A stretch of 36,332 bases of DNA from Neophaeotheca triangularis (Eukaryota). The translations under genes were made by a program, and so were the position numbers. How positions within the stretch are numbered: the first letter of the stretch is position 1; the number at the start of each line of letters is the position of its first letter. The DNA lies in the NCBI GenBank assembly GCA_054600435.1, contig BAAIJX010000105.1, positions 1 through 36,332 of the forward strand, read 5' to 3'. A model generated the notes under the pieces. It worked only from the letters and a program-made list of their open reading frames with translations. It did not search any database and was not told the DNA's origin. Below are positions 9,803-20,122 of the stretch, piece by piece.

Positions 9803-12103
9803 CTAAAACTCAATCAAACTCTCCTCTCTCCCAGCAGCCGCCGCGGTCGGGGCCGGAGCAGCCGCAGGCGCCGTGGGGAAACTCTCCTGTCCGTAGCCAT
9901 GGCCGGCTGCGGGGGCTTGAGGCCATTGGTGTTGGCTTGGGGGTAAATGCTGAGGTTGCTGTTGCGGTTGCTGCTGCGGCTGCTGAAGGTGAGTTTGTTG
10001 AGGTTGTTGTTGGGGGTAGGGTTGGTATTGTTGCTGCTGCTGCTGCTGCTGCTGCTGTGGGATAACTTGCTGGTGCTGGTCGGGATACGAGGGTTGGCGT
10101 TGCATTGGCGGTTGCTGCTGCTGTGGGGCGTATTGTTGTGGTTGCGAGTGGTAGGCGGTTTCGGGACTTGGCGGCGCTTGATGTGGGTTTTGTGGCTGTG
10201 GCTGGGGATCTCCGCCGTAGTAGAAGTTTTGCGCAGGGTCTGCTCGGGGCGAGACGATGGGGGTGGGGTTCGAGGTCTGCGAGGTGTGGGATGGCGCGTA
10301 TTGGGAGGAGCGTTGGGAGGGGTTGTGTTGGTTTAGTGAACCCCGGCGGGAAGTTTGGGGTTGTGGTTGGTGGTGGAGTTCGGGATAGGGAGGTTGCTGC
10401 TGAGGTTGTGGGTAGGGGTCTGACGGGTGCGGTGGATAGGGTTGTTGGTGTTGTTGTTGTTGCTGGTAGTAGGCGATGTTGTCCTGGGGTTGGCCATAGG
10501 AGGACATCCGTTGAGTTGGGTAAGGGGCAGGTTGTTGGTAGGTGTTGTAACCTGACATGGGAGTAGCGCGGTTGTAGTCGTCCATTGGAGGAGCACTGCC
10601 TATGTAGTAACTCTCCATTCCGCTGGCGCTTGATTCCGGCATACCCGATGGTATATTTGGGTACATACTGTTTCTTTGTGGTGCGCCGTATCTCGAAGCG
10701 TTGTATGTACTGCTCAACCTGTCCTCGAGCATCTTGTCGTAGTAACGTACTACTGTCGCCAATTTGCTGTGTAGGTCAAGAAGTGTGTCGTGTTTGCTCA
10801 TGGTCTCACCGTACGTCCTCGCCAATTTTGGTCGAAGCATACCGATGCTCTCGTACAATTCTTGAATTTGCGGCTCTCTCAATATCGTCCCCGGCGGTTG
10901 ATGTTGTAACCGGTCAACAAGCGTGGAGAACAGATTGATGTTCTCGGCCTCCACAGGTGTTAGCTCGTTGTTGGCTGGCTTGTACTGCGCTGGGGCCGGT
11001 GTAGAGGAAGACTGCTGCTTGAGTTGTTTGGCATGCTCTTTCTTCTGCTCTTCCATATCCTGCAAGCTCGCCGCTATCGCTGCCTTCAAATCCGCATCTT
11101 CCTCCTCCTCCTCTTTCTTCGCTGTCGGTTTGGGTGTTCCATTCGCCTGCGGTTTGGGAGTACTCTGCGTTTGCGACTGCGGTACATACCCCGCCCCCGA
11201 ATGTCCTTTGCTCTCCTCTAAGCTCATCTCCAGCGCCTTCTTCAAATCAGCATCAAAGCTGTCATCCGTCACTCTTGCCCCTCTCGGTTGCATTCTACTA
11301 TCCGGCATCCTACCCTCTGGCATTCTACTATCACGACTCCCCTGGTAAAGCGTCTTGACCGGATCCGGCATGCCATAGCTTTGCGCTCCTGCTGGCATTG
11401 GCGTCCTCCCAGTCCTCTCGCCCAGCTTCGCAAAACACCCATCGTCCACCCTGACTGGCTGCATAATCCCCAAATGCGGCAGAGGCAAGCTCTTACTCGA
11501 ACACGACCCGCAAAACACATTCCCACAGTTCCTGCAATGATGTTTTCGGTTGGTAAAGGTGAACTTTTCCCTGCAACGCATGCAGACGTCACTATCCGCC
11601 CACTCAGGTGGGGCATTGCTGTCAAACATGGAGCTCGCGACCTCTTCCTTCGGCGGGAACTGGTATCCCTCAAGCTGCAGCGTGCGGTATGTTTCAGTAA
11701 TGTACATGAGACTATCACGACCCTGTGCCGCGCTCGCCCAGGTTTGTATAAGAGCTAGGATCTTGTTCTTAACGTCCTGGTTCACTTCTGCGCCCGGAAC
11801 GTAGGCTTTGAGCAGGCTGATGAGGTTGTCCATGAACTCTCGGCTGGCAATCTCCTGCATGAAGTGACTACCACCGTTTTTGACGCATGTGTCGGTTAGA
11901 TTGAGCGCGGCGAGCTGGACGTTTGGGTTCTTGTTGCCTATGCGGCGTTTGAGGCTTCGCATGGCTTCTTTGGGCTGGACGGTTTTGCTACGGATGATGT
12001 CGCTGATTTCGAGATTGAGCGCAATGTCTTCGAGGGAAGAGGAGGTCGCCCTTTCAATTTGGTTGTCCAGCTCCGTATTGGAGGCGCCGAACCAGGAGGC
12101 CAT
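9803..12103 (-). CDS. VPS27: Vacuolar protein sorting-associated protein 27 (ESCRT-0, Hrs orthologue)
   Basis: Intronless 766-aa ORF with a VHS domain ([31 protein letters not shown]...DTCVKNGG), a FYVE finger ([31 protein letters not shown]), two UIMs ([24 protein letters not shown]), a GAT-like core, a Q/P-rich tail and a C-terminal clathrin box LIEF. Confidence 0.97.
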   Translation of the reverse strand: MASWFGASNTELDNQIERATSSSLEDIALNLEISDIIRSKTVQPKEAMRSLKRRIGNKNPNVQLAALNLTDTCVKNGGSHFMQEIASREFMDNLISLLKAYVPGAEVNQDVKNKILALIQTWASAAQGRDSLMYITETYRTLQLEGYQFPPKEEVASSMFDSNAPPEWADSDVCMRCREKFTFTNRKHHCRNCGNVFCGSCSSKSLPLPHLGIMQPVRVDDGCFAKLGERTGRTPMPAGAQSYGMPDPVKTLYQGSRDSRMPEGRMPDSRMQPRGARVTDDSFDADLKKALEMSLEESKGHSGAGYVPQSQTQSTPKPQANGTPKPTAKKEEEEEDADLKAAIAASLQDMEEQKKEHAKQLKQQSSSTPAPAQYKPANNELTPVEAENINLFSTLVDRLQHQPPGTILREPQIQELYESIGMLRPKLARTYGETMSKHDTLLDLHSKLATVVRYYDKMLEDRLSSTYNASRYGAPQRNSMYPNIPSGMPESSASGMESYYIGSAPPMDDYNRATPMSGYNTYQQPAPYPTQRMSSYGQPQDNIAYYQQQQQHQQPYPPHPSDPYPQPQQQPPYPELHHQPQPQTSRRGSLNQHNPSQRSSQYAPSHTSQTSNPTPIVSPRADPAQNFYYGGDPQPQPQNPHQAPPSPETAYHSQPQQYAPQQQQPPMQRQPSYPDQHQQVIPQQQQQQQQQQYQPYPQQQPQQTHLQQPQQQPQQQPQHLPPSQHQWPQAPAAGHGYGQESFPTAPAAAPAPTAAAAGREESLIEF

Positions 12104-12836
12104 GTTGGCGGTAGTGGAAGCTGTGTTGCCTGGTTAGGCGGGTAATCAAGTGTGCTGTTCCTGTGGTGGTTATGTTCAAGGGTGAGAGACAGTAAGGTGG
12201 AGTCTTGCGGTTCAGTCCGAGGGATTCGACGAGGGTATGGATGGTGGTGGTGTTGGTAGGTGAGGTACCTGGGGCATGGATATCTCTGCCTGATCATCAG
12301 GCAGTAGTGATGCTGCTGGTGAGCTCCGGGGTCAAGGCCGGGAGCATCAGCCACATGCGGAGATAAGCCGCCCGACCTCGACTGTCGGATGAGGTGTGGC
12401 GTGTCTGCGTCATCGGCCGCCCCAGTCTGGGGAAGGCGGAAGGCGGTGGAAACCGAGAGCGAGCGACGATTCGGCGTTGTCGGCCATGTCCCGTCTTGCA
12501 TGTTTGGGCGACGAAGGACAAATAACAAAGTCGATAGGTACTAGAAAACCAACTACGCGGTCACGGGATCCTTATAGTCGCCATCTTCCTCGTTCGACTG
12601 ACGACAATACCCTACACCTCTGACCATCATCGTCAAGGCTTCGTCAGGACTCGAGTAACGGCTTGGACAATACCTACTATACCGTGGCTACATAAGCAAA
12701 CTATCGCTGTATCGTCTCGAGTAGGCCACGACGTAGCGACCGCATAACGACTCCACCCACAACCATCACGGGCAATACACCCCTCAATTAAGACGCCAGC
12801 CATGCTAGAGGCTCTCCTGCCGAGCAGTTCGATACG

Positions 12837-15800
12837 ATGAGCGCCGCAGCTGCAATGCCGTCCCCCCCCAACGGCTTCAATAATACATCACGACAATTCA
12901 ACACTGCTGGCGGCGGTGCGGGCGGCGGCGAGAAAGCGTACAACCATATCCAGGACTTGCAAGCCTCTGCGCTTCAGGGATGGAATCCAGACGACCCCAT
13001 CCATATTTTACTTAACACAGCCGAACAGTCGCTACGTCAAGCCGACATCTCAGTCCAATTTCGTCGACCGGACTTGGGCTACTCCGAGTACTTGCGCGCA
13101 TACGAGGTGACTGTCAGCGCAATACCCAACCATGAAAAGCATGTCGGCTATCTCGAACCGGAGTGGGCGAGAAGGCACAAGGTGCTGGTCAATAAAATCA
13201 ACCAGAAGGAGCAGCAGTTTATGAACATCAAGAAGATCATCGTGGACAATAACAGCAGATGTGGCACCGTCCCTGAAGGCTATAAACAAAAGACTGGTCA
13301 CGCAAGATCACAATCGGATGCTCAAAAGGAAGACGAGATGAGAGCGCCACCTCCACACAGCAACAGCAACAGACATACAGTCCATGGGAGACTCGAGGGG
13401 AGTCCTTCAGGGCACAAAGTCAAGCCATCAGTCTCACCGAAACCTCAAGCGCTGCATGGGAAAGCGCTTTCAAACGGGGGTCTTTCACAAGGAGGAGATG
13501 CGCTGAGTGAACGCTTTGCCAAACTTCGCATGCAGAATGGTGGTCCCGATACCAACCCCCGCTTATCGCAAAACTTCGACGCCAGCTCGTCCACAAACAT
13601 GCCCTCGGCAACAGACTGGAACGGTCGAAATAGCTTCGATACCTCCGCGCCACCAAGGCCGCAGGGCCCCAGGGGCATGGCTAATGGCGGTTCCGGGCCC
13701 ACTCACCCTGGGAAATTACCTCTCAATACACAACTTGAGGCAGCCATGCCTAAAGCGCCAAGCCCTACCTACAGTCCAGCGCGGAACATGCAAACGACTG
13801 GAAATATCGCTCCTCCTCGACACTCGGCTCGATCGCTAGCCAGGAACAGTTCGTTGGCTTCCGTTTCGTCCGCTTCCAACCAGGCTCCCAATACTGGCGC
13901 TGCTGATAGTGGCGAATACTTTCCAAAGGCCAACGCTAATCCCCTGCCACAGCCTGGACCTCCACCCAGGCGGAAGTCGGTTAATGTACCCAAAGAAACT
14001 CGGTTGCCGGCCGACAGATTGTTCGATTATCTGGATCGCTTCAGCATATTGCTGATTGACGTGCGACCGAGAGATGAATTCGATCAGGGGCACATCTTCT
14101 CGCAAAACGTGATCTGCATCGAGCCAATGGTCTTGAAACAAGGCATGAGCGCCGAACAATTGCTCGAGAGCTTGGTATTAAGCCCGGAAAACGAGCAGGA
14201 TATGTTCCACCATCGCAACGAATACGATCTAGTCGTTTATTACGATGGAGGCACTTCCAGTAATGGCTATCTGGCACAGCCCCAAGATGAACGAGAGTTT
14301 AAGCTCAAGTGCTTACATGAAGCTCTGTACGATTTCAACCACGACAAACCTTTGCAAAGGCCTCCTATATTACTAGTTGGTGGCATTGCAGCGTGGGCTG
14401 ACCTGATCGGACAACAAGCACTTGTCACTAGCAACACACAATCACGAGCCAAGCCAGCAAGACCTCTCGGAAGAAGACCGTTGGCCACCACGAATGGAAA
14501 CAGTCAGTTGAGAGTGCCCAAACGAAGACTACGGGACTACAACCCCTTGGATGCAGAGGAAGAAAGGAGTTGGCTGGAGAAAGCTCGAGTCGAAAGTGTA
14601 GTTGTGCAGCCTCCACCTGTACCTGAGGATGGCGGAAACGAGGATAGTCAATACTCGGAAGAGCCTGGCCAGTATGAGGAAGAGTCATCTGGGAGCGCGA
14701 TTAGAGATTTCCTGGAAAGGTTCCCTGACGCGGGCGTACTCGATCGGCCATCTTCTTCTACCGGCTGGACTCCACCTACGAGACCCGCGCCAGAGCCACC
14801 TAACAAGGTACCCATGTACCCTTCGGCACCAACACCATCTCCTTATCCCCCAGCTCAACCGCCTCCATACCCTACATCACACACCCCCACTTCCTACCCT
14901 CCAGCTCAAGCACCATCTCCTTACCCGCAGGTGCCGCGCCGACCAGCACCTGCAGCACCTCGCATGAGCTACACTGGCGTGTCGGAACGATCCGTCTCAC
15001 AGCAAACTCCACAACGCACCTCTTCCTCCCAACTCGCTCCCTACATTCCACCAAAATATCTCGCCCCAAACATCCGCCTACCCAGAACCGGTCTCGTCAA
15101 CTTCGGCGTGACCTGCTACATGAACGCGACCGTCCAAGCCCTCTCCGCCACAACCCCTCTTAGCGTCTTCTTCCTCGACGACCAATTCCGCAGCCTTGTC
15201 CAACGCGAAAACTGGAAAGGCTCCAAAGGCGTCCTCCCAGAACTCTATTCCAACCTTATTCGCTCACTCTGGAAAGGCGACGTCGAAGCCATCAAACCCA
15301 GCACTTTCCGCAACTTCTGCGGCCGCCTCAACCGCGAATGGACCATCGACCGGCAACAAGACGCCAAAGAATTTTTCGACTTCCTCGTCGACTGCCTACA
15401 CGAAGACCTCAACACAATGTGGCAACACAATCCTCTCCGCGCTTTGACGGAAACCGAAGAGCTCAAACGCGAACGCATGCCGCGCCACCTCGTCGCCCGC
15501 ATGGAATGGGCCCGCTACACGCACCGCGAGCAATCCTTCCTCACCAATCTTTTCGGTGGCCAGCACGCTTCCCGCCTTCGTTGCACAACTTGCGGCACCA
15601 CCTCCACAACCCACGAAGCCTTCTACTCCCTCTCCGTTGAAATCCCCAGCCCCTCTCGCCGACCCAACGGCTCCCCTATCCCCCTAACCATGGACGACTG
15701 CCTCCGCTCCTACTGCGCGGAAGAAAAACTCACGGCCTCGGACGAATGGAAATGCCCGCACTGCAAATGCAATCGCCAAGCCACCAAGCAAATCACCCTT

Positions 15801-16235
15801 ACCCGTGCCCCGCAATTTCTTGTGGTACATTTCAAACGCTTCTCCGCCGGGCACTCCCAAACCGCCCGCAAAATCACCACCCCCATAACCTTCCCCCTCC
15901 ACGCCCTGGATCTTGAACCCTACATGCTGCCCCCACCGCCGTCCTCTTACGTCCCGACGCCTGACGAACCGCCACAGGACGTCTCGGCTACGCCACCGTA
16001 CAAGTACGATTGCTACGCCGTGATGCGCCATATTGGTAGCAGTCTGAGTAGCGGGCATTATACTTGCGCCACGAGGGATCGGGTCCGCGGCTGTTGGCGC
16101 ATGTTTAACGACACGAGGGTTAGTGATTTTGAGCCGGAGAGGTTGGCCCCGGGCAATAGTTTGTGGAATGAGGAGGCTTATATCGTGTTTTATGCGAGGG
16201 ATTTGGGTGGGGAGGGCGGAAGGGGAAAGATGTGA
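12837..16235 (+). CDS. DOA4: Ubiquitin C-terminal hydrolase of Doa4/Ubp5/USP8 type (rhodanese-like + USP domain)
   Basis: 1132-aa ORF with a rhodanese-like domain (LLIDVRPRDEFDQGHI), USP Cys box GLVNFGVTCYMN, QQDAKEF, CxxC zinc ribbons, His box HIGSSLSSGHY and FND. The rhodanese + USP architecture is characteristic of Doa4/USP8. Confidence 0.9.
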   Translation: MSAAAAMPSPPNGFNNTSRQFNTAGGGAGGGEKAYNHIQDLQASALQGWNPDDPIHILLNTAEQSLRQADISVQFRRPDLGYSEYLRAYEVTVSAIPNHEKHVGYLEPEWARRHKVLVNKINQKEQQFMNIKKIIVDNNSRCGTVPEGYKQKTGHARSQSDAQKEDEMRAPPPHSNSNRHTVHGRLEGSPSGHKVKPSVSPKPQALHGKALSNGGLSQGGDALSERFAKLRMQNGGPDTNPRLSQNFDASSSTNMPSATDWNGRNSFDTSAPPRPQGPRGMANGGSGPTHPGKLPLNTQLEAAMPKAPSPTYSPARNMQTTGNIAPPRHSARSLARNSSLASVSSASNQAPNTGAADSGEYFPKANANPLPQPGPPPRRKSVNVPKETRLPADRLFDYLDRFSILLIDVRPRDEFDQGHIFSQNVICIEPMVLKQGMSAEQLLESLVLSPENEQDMFHHRNEYDLVVYYDGGTSSNGYLAQPQDEREFKLKCLHEALYDFNHDKPLQRPPILLVGGIAAWADLIGQQALVTSNTQSRAKPARPLGRRPLATTNGNSQLRVPKRRLRDYNPLDAEEERSWLEKARVESVVVQPPPVPEDGGNEDSQYSEEPGQYEEESSGSAIRDFLERFPDAGVLDRPSSSTGWTPPTRPAPEPPNKVPMYPSAPTPSPYPPAQPPPYPTSHTPTSYPPAQAPSPYPQVPRRPAPAAPRMSYTGVSERSVSQQTPQRTSSSQLAPYIPPKYLAPNIRLPRTGLVNFGVTCYMNATVQALSATTPLSVFFLDDQFRSLVQRENWKGSKGVLPELYSNLIRSLWKGDVEAIKPSTFRNFCGRLNREWTIDRQQDAKEFFDFLVDCLHEDLNTMWQHNPLRALTETEELKRERMPRHLVARMEWARYTHREQSFLTNLFGGQHASRLRCTTCGTTSTTHEAFYSLSVEIPSPSRRPNGSPIPLTMDDCLRSYCAEEKLTASDEWKCPHCKCNRQATKQITLTRAPQFLVVHFKRFSAGHSQTARKITTPITFPLHALDLEPYMLPPPPSSYVPTPDEPPQDVSATPPYKYDCYAVMRHIGSSLSSGHYTCATRDRVRGCWRMFNDTRVSDFEPERLAPGNSLWNEEAYIVFYARDLGGEGGRGKM

Positions 16236-17639
16236 GGGACTCTTGGAGGTGGGGTGGGGTGGGTTGGATTTTTTTGGTTGTCAAGGCTGGGTTCGCGGGT
16301 TGATGAGTTTTTGAGCGAGCCAAGGGGAGATTTTGGACTGGCTTTTTGGTGCTGGTAGGATCTGGAGTGTTTTGTCCGTGGGTTTTGTACAGCATGCCAT
16401 CCCCCGGGTTGCTTTTGTTGTTTTTCGAATTTTGGGATGAGCGAGCGGCATGAGCATGAAACGGCTTTGAGAGTTGGGCTTGCTGCATGGAAAGTGAGGC
16501 GTGAATTGTAGCGATTTCCCGGCGACCCAGCTTGAAGACGAACAACCTCGTACATAACTGTTATCTCTTGCCAGCTTATTGCGCCGATTTCAGATGCCAT
16601 GTTGCTTCTGAGCTGACACAGCGAAAGCTCGGGGTCAGCGAGAGAGACGTTACAATCGATTGACATTTTGGGCGACAATTTGTTTGTTATCATCATTAAT
16701 GATACCATCTTTCGAGATTGCAGTATGTGAATCCCCCTTTCATATAGCAATGCAGAAGTCTGAAGACGTCGCGAGAACTCGACGTCCACACCTCAGCCTT
16801 GCAAGGCAACTACCAAGCCCGCCCAAGCTCCGTGAAAGCCGTGCTAAGGCGGCTTAAGCGCGGAGAGGGGGCCGGAGAAGAGGGGGAAATAGTGGGGATG
16901 AAAGTGCTTCGTGCGGCTTGAGTTTTGCGTACTACCACCTCCGGACACTGCTTCCGAAGCTGTGTTTCGGGATTTGATGATGCTATCAGGACTTGATTGG
17001 TTTGTTTCGCGTGGCCTCGTGGGAGCCGCGAGTGATAGCGTGGGCTCGACGGCAGAGTTTGCGTGTTCGGCTTCTGGTTTGAGTAGTAGTATCGTTTTGA
17101 ATGCAGCCACGAGAAATGGGGGTCGGTGGGGACTTGAGGGGGGGTTAGGGTGAGTCTTTGTCTTTAGCCTGGTCGTGGGAAACGGAAAGAGTGGTTTCGT
17201 TTTACTGTTACGAGGACCACACTGTTCGAATCAAATGGTTTCTGTTCTTTCTGACAGGACTGGAGCAAGGCAGAAACGAGCGAGCATCTGTCGCGTGCAC
17301 GGAGCGTTTCGAGGTTGCATTTGAACGGCTTTCTTCGATATCAGCCTCCCCATCATCCCGTTTCCGTACGGCGTAAGGTTGCCCTACCCCTCATGTCGCT
17401 CAGTACCACTGCGTTTCCGTGGGTTGAGCGGGTCGTCGGCAGTACGACAGCTGTTCTGAATTCGACTATATTCCTGGGCTGATGACATTGACTCTGTTTC
17501 CTCTTCCGCCTCTCCACCCCGCTTACACTCACAAAACTGCTCTCTTCTAGAGGAGAATCTGTTCGCGAGCTGTCTCCTCTTTCTCCTCTCTCTCTCGCAC
17601 TCTCCCCCTCTCCTCCCTGCCATCCTCCAACAAACAATC

Positions 17640-19627
17640 ATGGCAACCCAACAATCCCCCTCCCTCGACGGGGGGAAGATCTCGGCAGAAATGGACGAAA
17701 TCAAGCAGTCTTTCTCCCTCGGCGAGCAAGGCAATCTCGCCATTGAGGACGAGGCGAGAGACAAGCGCATCACGAGGTCTTTCGACTACCATATCCTGCC
17801 TTGGCTTTTTGCCATTTGGCTGCTGGCTTTTATTGATAGGAGTAACATCGGTGGGTCCACACATCTGTGCTATTTTTTGGAGGAGGTGTGGATGAGGAGT
17901 GCTTGGGAGTATACTTGACGAGGCTACTGCACAATCAAGCGTTCGAGATGGTGATTTGGCGTTTGCCACTTTTACCGACCACCACTACCTCGTCCACATC
18001 TTCTCAAACGGCCTGATCAAACCAGCCTCCAGATCTCAAGCTAAAACACAATGTGAAGGTAACGCGAAAATCGACGGCCTAGTCGAGGACCTCGGGCTCA
18101 CTGGCAATCAATTTAACATCGCCCTGACCGTCTTCTACATCCTCTACGTCCTCATCGACGTCCCCTCAAACTGGCTCCTCAAAATCGTAGGCGGTGGTCG
18201 CTATATCCCCCTCCTGGCCATGGCTTTCGGTCTCGTAGGCACTTGCATGGGAACCGTCGAGAGCTTCGGAGGTCTGGTCGCCGCGCGCTTGATCTTGGGA
18301 GCGTGCGAAGGCGGTCTGTTTGGTGGTCTGATTCTGTACTTGAGTATGTTTTATAAGCGGCATCAGCTGCTTTTTCGGCTCGGTGAGTTGAGAGATCTTT
18401 TCGCATGCGCGGTTGCGTGACGGTCCGGGCTAATATTGGGTTGATGACAGGCGTCTTTTACTGCGCTGCGCCTCTTTCAGGGGCTTTTGGCGGTCTGCTT
18501 GCTTCCGGGTTGGCGCAGATCAACTATAACGGTTATGATGGCTGGCCGTGGATCTTCTTTGTAAGTGCGGTTTTCGCGGTCTCGACAAATCTCGGTTGCT
18601 GACAGTTTTCGACACATAGGTCGAAGGCGCAATAACCGTCTTGGTGGCATTCGTGGCCTTCTGGTTCTTGCCCAATACTCCTAGCACAGCCAAGTTTCTG
18701 AGCGAAGAGGACCAACTTTTCGCCGCGCACCGTTTGCGTATGGATTTGCACGGCGGCACGACGAACGAAAGGGTTGATGACGAGAAGTTTTCCTGGCAAG
18801 CTGTGAGTTCTCCCCGTCGAGTGAACCCAAGACCGAGTCTTGCGAGTTCCCCTGAGAGATGGCAAAAACTAACCTGATACCTTTCCGTCATCTAGGTCCG
18901 ATTCGCCCTCCTAAACGTCAACACCATCGTGACCAGCATCAACTTTTTCATCATCCTCATTCCAATCTACTCCTACTCCCTCTTCCTACCAACCATCCTC
19001 TCCGGCCTCGGCTACAGCAACATCAAAGTAGGCAACCACGCTAGCCACCCCCAAACCCCAAACCTCCACTAACATCCCAACCCACTCCAGGCTCAACTCC
19101 TCACCGTCCCGCCCAACTTCTGCGCCTTCCTCTCCGTCCTCGGCGCCTGCTGGCTGAGCGACCGGCTCAAACTGCGCGGTCCCATAATAGTCAGCGGCCT
19201 CCTGATCGCACTCATAGGCTACATAATGCAACTCGCGAGCACCAACGAGGCAGTAAAATACGTCGGAACCTTCTTCATCGCCATCGGCGCTTTCCCCTGC
19301 TCGCCCACAGTCATCGGCTGGCTGTCCAACAACCTCGCGCCCCACTACATCAAAGCCACGGGTCTGGGCTTCCAAGTCGCCATTGGGAATTGCGGCGCTT
19401 TTGTCGCCACTTTCACTTATCTGAGTGAGGATGCGCCGAATTATACCAAGGGGCATGCTATTAATGTAGGGGCTATCGGGGTTAGTTTGCTTTTGACTTT
19501 GGGGAATATTTGGTATGTGAGGTGGGAGAATAGGGCGAGGGCTGAGGGGAGGAGGGAAGATCGGTTGGAGAAGTATGAGGAGGCGGTGCTGGGGTATAAG
19601 CATCCGAGGTTTAGGTATACGACTTGA
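17640..19627 (+). CDS. MFS transporter, anion:cation symporter family (Dal5/Tna1/Vht1-like)
   Basis: join(17640..17850,18059..18382,18451..18560,18620..18802,18896..19027,19091..19627). The spliced product gives the family motifs DRSNIGNAK, DVPSN, GWPWIFFVEG, AQLLTVPP, WLSNNL and C-terminal HPRFRY. Confidence 0.92.
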
Positions 19628-20122
19628 TTGGATGCCGTGGTGAAGGTGGGAGCTAGGTTCTAGATGGTGTATATGGGTAGTCTTTAGCGCTAGCAATTAC
19701 GGCTGGAGTTTTTCGTTCTGACTCTAAATAGTGCAGAGGTGTGTCTGTTCGCCTGTTTTACGAGACACAAGCCAGGGGCTTGAGTAATGGTCGAGTCGCC
19801 GTAACTCCAGCTTGCGAGTTGGACTGACAGTATCCAATGTTATGGGTTACGGCCTAGCACGGGAATCGAGAGGGGTGCCACCATTCTTGGCCAAAGCGGA
19901 TTGGGAGCTTCGGGGTGGCAGACGTCAAGTGCTAGTGGGTAGCAAAGGCGCGGTAAACTAGGACGAGAAAGTCTCGATTCGTGCCAAGACCATCGCATAA
20001 TGCGCTCCTTGTTGCTGTCGTGTCGGCGTGAACGAAGCGATACTACATGGACGCACACGCTCGGAAGCCACAAAATCCCCAAGACCACTCCCACCAGCCC
20101 ACGCCAACGCAGAGCCCTCTTC

